From positions 14,319-78,318 of the forward strand of contig CAZUAQ010000015.1 of the NCBI GenBank assembly GCA_964618455.1: a DNA stretch of 64,000 nt. The letters run 5' to 3'. Of this stretch, positions 54,964 through 64,000 are shown piece after piece. A program made the position numbers and the translations under genes. The stretch's first letter is position 1; every line of letters starts with the position of its first letter. The stretch is from an uncultured Planctomycetales bacterium. Lineage in GTDB: Bacteria; Planctomycetota; Phycisphaerae; UBA1845; PWPN01. Under the pieces are notes generated by a model that made no database searches, was not told where the DNA came from, and saw only the letters and a list, made by a program, of their open reading frames with translations.

Positions 54964-55776
54964 ACCGCTGAAGTCCGGACGCTTCCATCCCCCTTGAATC
55001 TTTCTACCGATCAGTGATTTCCATCATCCGTCGGTCGGACCCTTTGCCAGCCGATTCGACCTTTCCCAGCGATGCCACCTGTTGATACCTTCACGCGTAT
55101 CCGGCAATGCGGTGACGATACGGCGCGAAACGCACGTTCTACGAAAGCTGCAAGACCTTGCCAATAGCACCAATGCGCACACAAATCCCCGATAAAGGAG
55201 AAGTATGCACCCTATTCAGGTGATTCTGAAGCATCTCAGGCGTAGCACCTTTGCCCCGGAGAAAACCGGGATTCATTCTTCCGTACCCGCCACGATCCGG
55301 AAAGCACCACGATCCGAAGAGCGCGGTTGCGCCGCGAATCCTGCCTGACGAGTATCCAGCGACTGGAACGCCGCAAACAAAGTGACCATTCAAGACAGGC
55401 TCCCGAACCCCCTGATACGGCCATTCGCGTTCAACCGCAGTATGCCGGGAGTTCGAAAGTAAGGCCCTATCTTAACAGAATTCCTGCTCGCGCCAAGTCG
55501 CCATTTGCGCTAATTTGAGATTAAGCTTGTTAATCTAAGAGGAATTATGGTTCGCCCCATTCTTCCGTAAGCTCATGAATTCCATGAGTTTTCTTACCGC
55601 AAAGTCCGGAATCCGTCTTGTGGCTCAGACATGATGGCGTTTATCGGAAGCTGTATGAATGCCGGTGCGTCAGGGTTGCGGCCTTCTTTCCATGCCTTAC
55701 CGCTGACACATCCCTCAGGAAGTGTGTGAGAAGCTGTTTTAGAGAAAGGGACAGTCCCTGAGCTTCACACACTAGC

Positions 55777-56538
55777 TCAGATCTCCCAGATCTCACTCAT
55801 CCCCGTGCGGGGCGCGATCGCCAGGGGAAGTGACTTCCCCACGATCCGGCGATGCGTGGAGCGGGCAAGTTCGGGTTCGTTGTTCTCCTCGCTCAGATGG
55901 GCCAGGGCCACCCATTGAAGACGCGGCCCGACCGACTCGCGCAGCAGAACGGCGGCATCATCATTGGAAAGGTGACCGCCCAACCCCCGGATTCGCTCCT
56001 GGAGCCGCACCGGATAGGGCCCGGAGGCCAGCATCCGGGGATCGTAGTTGCTCTCGATGTAGAGTGCATCGAGAGTAGGCATGAGTTCGCGAAGTGCCGG
56101 GAAAACGTGGCCCAGATCAGTCAGGATGCCTAACCGCTTGCCACCGTGTTCGACCACGAAGGCCACTCCTTCTACGGCATCATGCGGCGTGCGAATGGAG
56201 TGGACAATCACATCACGGTAGACCCACGGAACTCCTGCCTGAAAGTAGTTGACTTCGCGAACCTTCCCGAGGTGTCGGCGCACGGCGTGATGCGTCCGCC
56301 GGGTCATGTGCAGGGGGAGCTTGAACCGACGGTGGTACACCCCGGCACAGCGGACGTGGTCGTTGTGATCGTGGGAGATGAGCACGGCATCGACATCGCG
56401 AATCTCGCGGCGGTGAACACTGAGTCGCCCCGCCGCCTGCCTGCCCGAGATCCCGGCATCGAAGAGCAGGCGCGCCTCCCCCGCCTCGACATAGATGGCA
56501 TTGCCGCTGGATCCGCTCTGAAGCGAAAAGGTGATCAT
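55777..56538 (-). CDS. MBL-fold metallo-hydrolase (YycJ/PhnP-like)
   Basis: MITFSLQSGSSGNAIYVE...LLFDAG...ISHDHNDH (HxHxDH motif). Start trimmed from 56649. Confidence 0.8.
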   Translation of the reverse strand: MITFSLQSGSSGNAIYVEAGEARLLFDAGISGRQAAGRLSVHRREIRDVDAVLISHDHNDHVRCAGVYHRRFKLPLHMTRRTHHAVRRHLGKVREVNYFQAGVPWVYRDVIVHSIRTPHDAVEGVAFVVEHGGKRLGILTDLGHVFPALRELMPTLDALYIESNYDPRMLASGPYPVRLQERIRGLGGHLSNDDAAVLLRESVGPRLQWVALAHLSEENNEPELARSTHRRIVGKSLPLAIAPRTGMSEIWEI

Positions 56539-56658
56539 ACGCGAGGAGCCACGATTGAATGGCATTGATCTATTCACCCCATCGGGTGACGGTGGGCTAT
56601 AATAGCATGGTCGGAACGGAGCACGCAATTCTGCGGAATACCCTGCCATGGAGCGTCC

Positions 56659-57270
56659 ATGAGTACCGAAGCCGTCACAGCCGGGGAAATCGTGGTGACG
56701 CGATCGGACTCCGCGCCGACCGAATTGTACTTTCCCTTGACCGCAAACAAGTCATTGCGCGTCGTGCCGGCGCTGGCCGTCACCATCCTCTTGATGACGA
56801 AGTTGGCAGCGATGCTCAAGCAGATGCTGATCCGTCTGGTCGAGGAACCCCGCCCTGAGGATCTTCTCGGTATCTTGTCGATGGCGGTGCTGTTCGTGCT
56901 CATGGGCCGCATCGCCATGTTCATGGTCTATCTCGCCTGTCCGCGCCGATTGATTATCGATGACGAAAATGGCGACGTGGAACTTCACTACAGCCTGTTC
57001 CTCCGGCGTCGATTCGGTTTGCGCGGAATTCGATCCGTGGATCTGGCGACGTATGATTTTCATGGAAGGTGGCTGGGTTTCTGCTGCCTCTCTTTTGGAC
57101 AGGGGATCCCCCGCCTCTACCTCAGCAGCACGGTACAGGGCACGGCACGCTCCGATCAGGCAATGACGGCCGGTCGGCCGTTGGCGGACGTGCTCGTCCA
57201 GGAACTGAGCAAGCCGATGAAGCGCTACGACAACGTGAAGCTTCGATGGTTCCGCGGATGGGACGGCTGA
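56659..57270 (+). CDS. hypothetical membrane protein
   Basis: 203-aa ORF with two hydrophobic segments (VVPALAVTILLMTKLAAML, LLGILSMAVLFVLMGRIAMFMVYLA). No family motif. Confidence 0.5.
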   Translation: MSTEAVTAGEIVVTRSDSAPTELYFPLTANKSLRVVPALAVTILLMTKLAAMLKQMLIRLVEEPRPEDLLGILSMAVLFVLMGRIAMFMVYLACPRRLIIDDENGDVELHYSLFLRRRFGLRGIRSVDLATYDFHGRWLGFCCLSFGQGIPRLYLSSTVQGTARSDQAMTAGRPLADVLVQELSKPMKRYDNVKLRWFRGWDG

Positions 57271-57312
57271 CGCGGTTCGCGGCGTACGCTCTACAGCGAG
57301 ATGGGTGCAGTC

Positions 57313-58722
57313 CTAGCGGCGACGATTGGCTTCAGCACCTTTCATCTCGGATGCCAGCCTGTCGGCCACCTGCCTCAGTTGCTTCACGATGTCCGGGTGC
57401 TCATCCGCAAGGTTGTGTTGCTCGCTCATGTCATCATCGAGATTGAAAAGTCCGATCTTCTCGATCTCGTCGCCGTCGATGATGCCCGGAAATTCACTGG
57501 GGTGCGCCTGTTCGTACGGGGCAAGCATCCGGACGCCGTCCGGAGCGCGCCAATCAACCCATGCATCCCCTGGCTTCCAGCGCTTCTCGCGTACCGGGCC
57601 GGGCGCGCGAACGCAGAGTTTCCATGGCCCGCTGCGTACCGTCGCGAGATCATTGCCGCGGAAGCTGTAAAGCGCCTCGTGCGGAGTCCCGGCCTCTGAT
57701 GTCAGGAGCGGCATGATGTCGCGGCCATCGAGCACGCGATCGGAGGGCAGTTCGATGCCGACGGCCGACGCCGCCGTCACGTAGAGATCCATGACAATGG
57801 CGGCCTGGTCACTGACATGCCCGGCAGGGACTCTTCCAGGCCAACGCGCGATGCAGGGCACACGGATCCCCCCCTCCCAGTTGCGTCCCTTCATGCCGCG
57901 CAGCCCGCCGGTGCTCCCGCCATACCAGGGACCGTTGTCACTGGTGAAGATGACGAGTGTCCGGTGGTCGATGCCCAACGCCTTCAGCTTGTCGAGGATC
58001 TCCCCGACGCTCCAGTCGAGCTCCTCGATGGTATCGCCGTACAGTCCCGCTCCGGACTTCCTGTAAAACCCATCCGAGGCCGCCAGGGGCTTGTGGGGCA
58101 TGGCATGGGGCAGATAGAGCAGGAACGGCCAATGCTGGTTCTTTTCGATGAATTGCAGCGCGCGCTGCGTGTACCGCTTCGTCAGAGTCGCCTGGACTAC
58201 CGGATACTCTACCATCCGATCGCCGTCGATGAGTTCGACCGGGTGCATGTCGTTGCTGTAGAGAATGCCGAGATACTCGTCGAAGCCATGGCGGATGGGG
58301 TAGAATTCACGGCGATGGCCGAGATGCCACTTGCCGATGCAGGCGGTGCGGTAGCCCGCCTGTCGGAAGAGTTCACCAAGCGTGATTTCGGATTGGGGAA
58401 TGCCGAAGTCGTTCAGACCGCGATCGGGCGTGGGGTTGCGCGTCATGCCGCTGCGAAAGGGGTACCGCCCGGTCAACAATGCGGCACGGGAAGGCGCGCA
58501 GTACGGCACGGGCACGTAGAATTGCGTGAGCCGCGCGCCTTCGGCGGCCATGCGATCGATTCGGGGTGTGGACCAGTGTTGCTGCCCGTAACATCCAAGG
58601 TCGCCCCAGCCGAGATCGTCGGCAAAGATGATAATGACATTGGGCGGCGGCTCAACGGGTTCGGGTTGAGCCGCTATCAGAGTGGAGAGCCCAAGCGCGA
58701 GGATCATTGATGAAACGGGCAT
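57313..58722 (-). CDS. exported arylsulfatase (formylglycine-dependent sulfatase family)
   Basis: NVIIIFADDLGWGDLG and the sulfatase signature CAPSRAALLTGRYPFRSGM (CxPSR). Signal peptide MPVSSMILALGLSTLIAA after AGAGGA; the track ORF starts at 58743. Confidence 0.9.
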   Translation of the reverse strand: MPVSSMILALGLSTLIAAQPEPVEPPPNVIIIFADDLGWGDLGCYGQQHWSTPRIDRMAAEGARLTQFYVPVPYCAPSRAALLTGRYPFRSGMTRNPTPDRGLNDFGIPQSEITLGELFRQAGYRTACIGKWHLGHRREFYPIRHGFDEYLGILYSNDMHPVELIDGDRMVEYPVVQATLTKRYTQRALQFIEKNQHWPFLLYLPHAMPHKPLAASDGFYRKSGAGLYGDTIEELDWSVGEILDKLKALGIDHRTLVIFTSDNGPWYGGSTGGLRGMKGRNWEGGIRVPCIARWPGRVPAGHVSDQAAIVMDLYVTAASAVGIELPSDRVLDGRDIMPLLTSEAGTPHEALYSFRGNDLATVRSGPWKLCVRAPGPVREKRWKPGDAWVDWRAPDGVRMLAPYEQAHPSEFPGIIDGDEIEKIGLFNLDDDMSEQHNLADEHPDIVKQLRQVADRLASEMKGAEANRRR

Positions 58723-58884
58723 GCTGCATCCTCTCGTGGTCAACGGGGTACGATGTGGTATCCAAGAAGGATATTACCCCAGTCGAGCAACGGCGCGAAG
58801 GCGTCGATCACTTGTCTCGGCGTCCACAACGGCCGAGATGACGTAGAACGGTTTCGATACAACATTCATTCAGGGGTCACACCA

Positions 58885-60144
58885 ATGAAGACTCGATTTG
58901 CCTTATTCATCATGTTATGCGCCGTGCCGGTGCATCTCCTCATCGCTCAGGACACGGCCGCTGCCCGGGACCTGCCCGAGCAGTTGAACCGGCAGCTCGG
59001 GCAAGGCCGATTCGAAGAAGCAATCAACCAGCTTGAAGGCATGGTGGAGTCGGCGTCGGACCGTGACCAGGTTCTGTTCGCCCTTGGCACAGTGCGCGTC
59101 CTCTCCGCCGTCGAGTCGCTCGCCCAGACGATCAATCGCTTCGGTCCGGTCGACAACACTTTCCTCTTCATGATGAGCGGGATGTCGATCGGCGCGCCTC
59201 AGGGGCTCAACGCCAAGGACACCACGAAGGTGCGCTACGACGACGTTCGCGCTGCGGTTCAGACATTCATCACCGACCTGGACAAGGCAAGGAAGGCGCT
59301 GTCGGCCATGTCTCCCCAACCGGTGAAGCTTCCCATTCACTTCGGCCTGATCCGGATGGACCTCAACGCCGACGGCCGCTCCACTCCGGAGGAGGCGTTC
59401 TGGCGGCTGTTCAATCAAATCAACCGGACACAAGTCACCACGGAGGAACAGGCCGCCGCGTTCATCATCGCCTTCGATCGCGGTGACGCCTACTGGCTCG
59501 AGGGCTATTGCCATCTGCTCATGGGATTGGGCGAGGCGTTTCTGGCCTACGATCATCGTGATCTATTCGAGCATACCGGACATCTATTCTTCGAGCAGGT
59601 CGATACGCCGTATGGCTTTCTTCGTGATGCGCAGCGTCCGAGGGATTGGTCGACGCGGCAGATCAGCGACATCATCGCCTTCATTCATCTTCTGCGTTTC
59701 GAGGTGAAGGAGCCGGAGCGGATGAAACGAAGTCTGGAGCACTTTCGCCAGGTGCTGGCATCGAGCAGGCAGATGTGGGCGGCAGTGCTTTCGGAAAGTG
59801 ACGACGACCGCGAGTGGATTCCCCACCCCGGGCAGACCGGCGTTCTCGACATCGGTATCTCGCAGGAGCGCGTCGACGCGTGGCTCGCATTCGTGGAGGA
59901 GGCTGAAGCATTGCTGGAAGGGAGAAAACTTGCGCCGTTCTGGCGTGGCGAGAAGCCGGGAGCAGGTATCAACATCCACCGGATCTTCACTGAACCGACA
60001 CGCTTCGATCTTGTTCTGTGGTTCCAGGGACCCGGCCTAGCGAAGTATGTCGAGAAGGGTGAGCTGACCCACCCGGAGATCTGGCAGCAACTGCAACGCG
60101 TCTTCAGAGGGAGCTTTGTCAACTTCGCCCTGTGGTGGAACTGA
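58885..60144 (+). CDS. exported hypothetical protein
   Basis: Signal peptide MKTRFALFIMLCAVPVHLLIAQD. 419 aa, mostly helical-looking, with coding-like GC3. No motif recognised. Confidence 0.55.
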   Translation: MKTRFALFIMLCAVPVHLLIAQDTAAARDLPEQLNRQLGQGRFEEAINQLEGMVESASDRDQVLFALGTVRVLSAVESLAQTINRFGPVDNTFLFMMSGMSIGAPQGLNAKDTTKVRYDDVRAAVQTFITDLDKARKALSAMSPQPVKLPIHFGLIRMDLNADGRSTPEEAFWRLFNQINRTQVTTEEQAAAFIIAFDRGDAYWLEGYCHLLMGLGEAFLAYDHRDLFEHTGHLFFEQVDTPYGFLRDAQRPRDWSTRQISDIIAFIHLLRFEVKEPERMKRSLEHFRQVLASSRQMWAAVLSESDDDREWIPHPGQTGVLDIGISQERVDAWLAFVEEAEALLEGRKLAPFWRGEKPGAGINIHRIFTEPTRFDLVLWFQGPGLAKYVEKGELTHPEIWQQLQRVFRGSFVNFALWWN

Positions 60145-60282
60145 TGCGGATGTCGATCATCCGATTCCGCGGCATTCTTGACGTCGCCGGTGGATCATGA
60201 TTAACTCACGCGTTGATAAGCGGCCTCCCGGAGTGAGGTCGCCGTAGCGGCCTGATGAATGGCGTTTGGAAAGGATTGTGGC

Positions 60283-61062
60283 ATGGGACTGCTCGACGGA
60301 AAAAAGGGACTGGTGTTCGGTGTGGCGAACGATCGGAGCATTGCCTGGCATATCGCCGATCACCTGATCCGTCATGGGGCAACGTGCGCGTTCTCGCATC
60401 TTCCCGGCGAGAAGATGGAGCGCCGCGTGCGCAAGACCATCGAAGCCGGTGGAGTGAGCGACCCGTGGCTGTTTCCGTGCGACGTGTCCAAGGACGAAGA
60501 CCTGGACGCCGTCTTCAACGCCTACGCCGAGAAGTTCGATACGATGGATTTCGTGGTGCATTCGATGGCGTTTGCGGATCGGGAGTATCTGAAGATCGGA
60601 AATTTTACGACCACGCCGCGTGAGGTGTTCACGCAGGCCCTGGATATCTCCGCATTCACGCTGGTGGCGGTGGCCAAACGGGCGCAGGAACTGATGCCGA
60701 ATGGTGGATCGATTATCGGGATGTCCTACCTCGGCGCGGAGCGGGTGGTGCCGGCGTACAACGTGATGGGCGTGGCCAAGGCGGCGCTGGAGGCAAGCGC
60801 CCGGTATCTGGCGGCCGAACTCGGCGCGAAGGGTATCCGCGTCAATACGTTATCGGCGGGGCCCTGCCGAACGCTGTCGGCGATGGCGGTCGGGGGCATC
60901 GACGAGATGTTTGAGTGGGTGGAAAAGAAGGCTCCGCTGCAGCGCAATATCGAGACTGAAGAAGTCGGCAAGGCGGCGGTCTATTTTGTCAGTGACCTGT
61001 CCAGCGGAGTCACGGGAGAGAACCATTACATCGACGCCGGCTTCAACATTATCGGCGTGTAG
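60283..61062 (+). CDS. fabI: enoyl-[acyl-carrier-protein] reductase (NADH)
   Basis: LLDGKKGLVFGVANDRSIAW, SYLGAERVVPAYNVMGVAKAALEASARYLA (Y-x6-K), IRVNTLSAGP. Confidence 0.92.
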   Translation: MGLLDGKKGLVFGVANDRSIAWHIADHLIRHGATCAFSHLPGEKMERRVRKTIEAGGVSDPWLFPCDVSKDEDLDAVFNAYAEKFDTMDFVVHSMAFADREYLKIGNFTTTPREVFTQALDISAFTLVAVAKRAQELMPNGGSIIGMSYLGAERVVPAYNVMGVAKAALEASARYLAAELGAKGIRVNTLSAGPCRTLSAMAVGGIDEMFEWVEKKAPLQRNIETEEVGKAAVYFVSDLSSGVTGENHYIDAGFNIIGV

Positions 61063-61183
61063 AGTGAAGGTCCCCCCTACCGAGCCTGGTCCTCGTTCTC
61101 GAAGTCAAGCTGTTATTCTTGCATATCTGTAAAAACAATCGTACATGATTCTCGAGTTCTCGCCGAATCTTGGGAGTACATGT

Positions 61184-62140
61184 ATGCCATCGCACACGGG
61201 AAGCCCGCCAAGGGCCAGCCTCCGCCAGGTGCTGGAGAGCGTCTCAGACACCCACTACCACGCTGTCGAACCGAACGGTGGAAGGCGTACTTCTCCACGG
61301 GTGAAGCCCGATAAATCGGCTTACGTCCGGGTGCTTACGCCGACCGCACCGGTCACGCTGGAATCGTACAGCGTCCGCGATATCTCGAATCGAGGTCTCG
61401 GCATTCGTTCGACGAACTACCTCCCCCCAGGAAGCATCCAGCGTGTCGAGGTGTGCAGCCAGGATCTGGGCTGGACGGGAGACATGCGCGTCACCTATTG
61501 CAAGGAGAATAACTCCTGCTTCATTGTCGGCCTGGAAGCGCTGGATGGCGATTGCAGTATTCAGGGAGAGGCCTCGATACACGTGAAGCCACAGATGATC
61601 TATCGTGACGAGTACGAGCACATCAGTGCTTCGCCGGAGGCGGCCTGGCTCGAACGGTCACGCGAAGAGATTGCCGCGTCCTTTCGACGCTACAACAAGG
61701 CACGACAGACATTCGGTCTCTTCGGGACGAGGATTGATGCCGCCATCGATGCCTTTATCAAGGGGCTTCCGGAAGGAAATGTCGATAAGGCCCGGGCCAG
61801 TCGCCGATCGCAAAATCGCATGAACACCAGGATCCAGGGCTGCATGATCCTGGTCGGCGGACAGTACTGGCATGGGCTCTCGGTCCAGTTCCTGAATATT
61901 TCCAAGGCAGGTGCCGGCGTCGTGATCAACGGTCAGGCTGTCGAGGCCCTGCCGCCGGAACTCCGCGCGCCGTTGAATCAACCCGATTGCCGGTTTCGTA
62001 CCATTCTGGGGATGAATTCGCCCCAGGAAGTTCTCTGGCTGCCGGCTCGGACCGTCTACTTTCGACCGGATGATGACGAGCGGCTCTTCTTTGCAGGACT
62101 CGAATTCGAACGCAAAGCATTCGACCTGCCCGGCGTGTAA
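61184..62140 (+). CDS. tandem PilZ-domain protein (two predicted c-di-GMP sites)
   Basis: Site 1 is RRTSPR ... VRDISNRGLG. Site 2 is RRSQNR ... LNISKAGAG. Both fit RxxxR ... [DN]xSxxG. The start is uncertain (61145 or 61184). Confidence 0.7.
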   Translation: MPSHTGSPPRASLRQVLESVSDTHYHAVEPNGGRRTSPRVKPDKSAYVRVLTPTAPVTLESYSVRDISNRGLGIRSTNYLPPGSIQRVEVCSQDLGWTGDMRVTYCKENNSCFIVGLEALDGDCSIQGEASIHVKPQMIYRDEYEHISASPEAAWLERSREEIAASFRRYNKARQTFGLFGTRIDAAIDAFIKGLPEGNVDKARASRRSQNRMNTRIQGCMILVGGQYWHGLSVQFLNISKAGAGVVINGQAVEALPPELRAPLNQPDCRFRTILGMNSPQEVLWLPARTVYFRPDDDERLFFAGLEFERKAFDLPGV

Positions 62141-62290
62141 GGTCTGGCACCCAGGCTCCGATAACAATTCGTGCCGGAAGGATCGTGAAAGGTGCTAAGT
62201 TCGATCCCGATCCTTCCGATATCACTTTCGAAGCGGCTTTCCCATGCACGCGTATGAGGGGGGTCCGTGTCGGGACCATCGATAAAGCCC

Positions 62291-63487
62291 ATGATAAACG
62301 CGCTGAAAATCTGCCTATTTACGACGCCGGACACCCACGATACTCCGTTTCGCTCGGGTTTCGACGTATTGCAGGAGTTGTCCGTCGAGGGTGAAACGAA
62401 CTCCTGGGATCAGTTACGGGAATGGCTCAACCATCATCCTGTGGACATCGTGGCGGTCAATCTGGATGAACCGGACGGGATCGGTTTCGTCGTTGTCGAG
62501 CGTATCACCCACCTTGCCCCGAACGTGGCGGTCTTCGGTGTCAGCCGTCAGATCGATCCACAAACCATCATCAAGGCAATGCGGGCGGGCTGTTCGCAGT
62601 TCGTCGGCTGGCCGATTGATGGGGATGACCTCCGCACAGCCCTCGGAAAATTCAGCAAGCAACGCCAGCAGGTCACGGACAATTCCAAGCGCATCTGTGT
62701 GATCGGTGCCGCCGGGGGAGCCGGAGCCACGACGATCACCGCCAATCTTGCCCTGGAACTGGGTAACCTCTGTCAGCGTCGTGTCGGGATCGTGGACCTG
62801 AACATCGAATTCGGCGACATCGGATGCGTGTTCGACTGCGATCCGAAATTCACGCTGGCGGACATCTGCCGCGACGGGATGGAAGTCGATCGCCTGATTC
62901 TCGAAGATGCCGTGCATGAACTGGAGGCCCCTGTTTCGCTCATCGCCCGGCCCCACCGGCTCTCCGAAGCCCGCGAGATCAGCCCGGAGGCGGTCGAATC
63001 GATGCTCGGAGTGATGGGGACGGTCTACCCCTTCGTCATCGTGGATCTGCCGCGGACCTACAGCTTCCTCAGCGCGGCGGCCCTGTCCCAGGTCGACCAT
63101 GTGTTCCTCGTCACCCAGTTGGGGATCACCTCGCTGCGGAACGCATCGCGAATCCAGGAGTGCCTGATGGAAATGGGGACCGATGAAAAAGTCATCGAGA
63201 TCGTCCTCAACCGCTGGAAGGCGGACCACAACCGCGTGACCCCCGAGGACGTCGAAGCCCACTTCAAGAAGCCGATCTACGCACGCATTCCGAATGACTA
63301 CAAACACATCCAGGAAGCGCTGGATCTCGGCCATCCCGTTTTCACGAACTCCCCCGACAGTCCGGCGCGGATTGCAATCCAGGAGATGGCCATCGAGGTG
63401 GCCAAGGAACATTTCCCGGCGGTCGAAGCCCAGGCTCCCCGCAGCGGCATCTTTAATCTTTGGCGCAAGAAGGCGACCAAGGTCTAA
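62291..63487 (+). CDS. TadZ/CpaE-like protein: pseudo-receiver N-domain plus ParA/MinD-type ATPase fold with lysine-less Walker A
   Basis: REC-like ICLFTT...VDIVAVNLDEPDG...KAMRAGCSQFVGWP. P-loop region RICVIGAAGGAGATTITANLALEL, followed by VGIVDLNIEFGD. The track start is GTG 62267. Confidence 0.75.
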   Translation: MINALKICLFTTPDTHDTPFRSGFDVLQELSVEGETNSWDQLREWLNHHPVDIVAVNLDEPDGIGFVVVERITHLAPNVAVFGVSRQIDPQTIIKAMRAGCSQFVGWPIDGDDLRTALGKFSKQRQQVTDNSKRICVIGAAGGAGATTITANLALELGNLCQRRVGIVDLNIEFGDIGCVFDCDPKFTLADICRDGMEVDRLILEDAVHELEAPVSLIARPHRLSEAREISPEAVESMLGVMGTVYPFVIVDLPRTYSFLSAAALSQVDHVFLVTQLGITSLRNASRIQECLMEMGTDEKVIEIVLNRWKADHNRVTPEDVEAHFKKPIYARIPNDYKHIQEALDLGHPVFTNSPDSPARIAIQEMAIEVAKEHFPAVEAQAPRSGIFNLWRKKATKV

Positions 63488-63615
63488 ACGCCCCCCACTC
63501 CACGATCTACCTGCTTCCGCTTCGTGACCCGCTGTCCGTTCGCATGGCTGCAGCCGGAAGGTTATAGTACCTGCCGATCGAACACGCATTCCTGCTCTTC
63601 AAGCGAGGTACTTTC

Positions 63616-64000
63616 ATGAGACCCAATTATCGCTCTATCACGAGTGGTCCACTTCGAACTCATCACCACAGTCCACTTTGTGCTCGCGGCCTCACGGCTC
63701 TCGGATGCGTGTTGCTGGCCATGCTATCGACTGGTTGCGTCGGGACGTCGAAAGGTGGCGGTGATGAGGAAAGACCGGTCCTGCTGATCATCGGGGACTC
63801 CATCTCGATGGAACGCGGCTATCTGGCAGGCGTGAGAGAGCGACTGAGTGAGACTTACCAGGTGGTTCACAACCCGGGCAACGGAGGCGACAGTGCGAAT
63901 GTCCTGAGCCATCTTGACGCGTGGCTGGCGGAAGCGCGTCCTGACGTGATCCACTTCAACTGCGGTCTGCATGATCTCAAATGGAATCGGTCGACACGAA
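63616..64000 (+). CDS. SGNH/GDSL-family hydrolase lipoprotein, 3' end beyond the window
   Basis: Not in the track because there is no stop. ATG 63616. Lipobox LAMLSTGC. Block I LLIIGDSIS. Block II GNGGDSA. Also HFNCGLHD. Confidence 0.7.
   Translation, partial: MRPNYRSITSGPLRTHHHSPLCARGLTALGCVLLAMLSTGCVGTSKGGGDEERPVLLIIGDSISMERGYLAGVRERLSETYQVVHNPGNGGDSANVLSHLDAWLAEARPDVIHFNCGLHDLKWNRSTR

Noticed and set aside
54046-55017. 323-aa plus-strand ORF, and the nested 192-aa and 125-aa ORFs
   Set aside because: The first third is antisense to the well-supported PPIase gene. The translation is low-complexity, P/S/A/R-rich and has no motif. Composition is non-coding-like.
54965-55300. RNase P RNA (GAAGUCCGGAC at about 54971, GCAAGACCUUGCCAAUAG at about 55150, AAAACCGGGAUUC at about 55265, with roughly RNase-P-like spacing)
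   Set aside because: The near-invariant GGAAAGUCC of CR-I is not present (it reads CUGAAGUCC). The proposed P4 strands mispair (a G-A clash). No P1-P3 helices could be drawn upstream. I treat this as chance resemblance, and an Infernal scan would settle it.
1-64000. CRISPR arrays, IS elements, integrons and toxin-antitoxin pairs
   Set aside because: No regularly spaced short repeats, no transposase, integrase or recombinase motifs, and no small paired ORFs with TA-like features were seen on either strand. The only sizeable repeats are the protein-module duplications already described.

Overview
High-GC (about 60-65%) bacterial chromosomal window. I call about 47 credible protein genes and one tRNA-Ser(GGA). 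I saw no rRNA, CRISPR array, transposase or integrase. About two thirds is housekeeping: ispD, tgt-yajC, xseA, ymdB-like, dapF, clpS, a fused 2-oxoacid dehydrogenase E1, a DEAD-box helicase, HtrA, metF, carA, yggS, trmB, hisF and fabI. These genes are interleaved with very large exported proteins: an FG-GAP integrin-like protein, an S8/PKD protease and a beta-helix-metzincin fusion. The arylsulfatase, PATR repeats, dockerin-like modules and PEP-CTERM-like tails suggest a Planctomycetota/PVC-type genome; this is inference only. Three regions stand out. (1) 34.8-45.5 kb holds six co-directional exported ORFs with no phage context. They are two signal-peptide-bearing tail-fibre-like proteins with Peptidase_S74 chaperone ends, a stand-alone copy of their N-terminal domain, a multi-lectin cysteine-rich giant, a PATR beta-helix protein and an orphan C-terminal module. 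Three of these ORFs end in the same roughly 107-aa TSP3/dockerin-like module. A 407-bp, 98%-identical direct repeat brackets the second fibre gene. An out-of-frame PEP-CTERM signal sits just after the PATR gene stop. (2) 47.8-52.8 kb holds a canonical pilT, then a membrane-anchored GspE/PilB homologue with degenerate Walker A, Walker B and His boxes, then a CvpA-domain fusion protein. (3) 61.2-63.5 kb holds a tandem-PilZ protein next to a TadZ/CpaE-like ATPase lacking both Walker-A lysines. A 1.45-kb coding desert at 54.3-55.8 kb has a GGA-dense tract on the minus strand, a tandem 17-mer and several hairpins. Many long antisense ORFs in the track are high-GC shadow ORFs and were not called. 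Start codons were trimmed by hand using signal peptides, SD-like motifs or homologue N-termini, and they remain uncertain.
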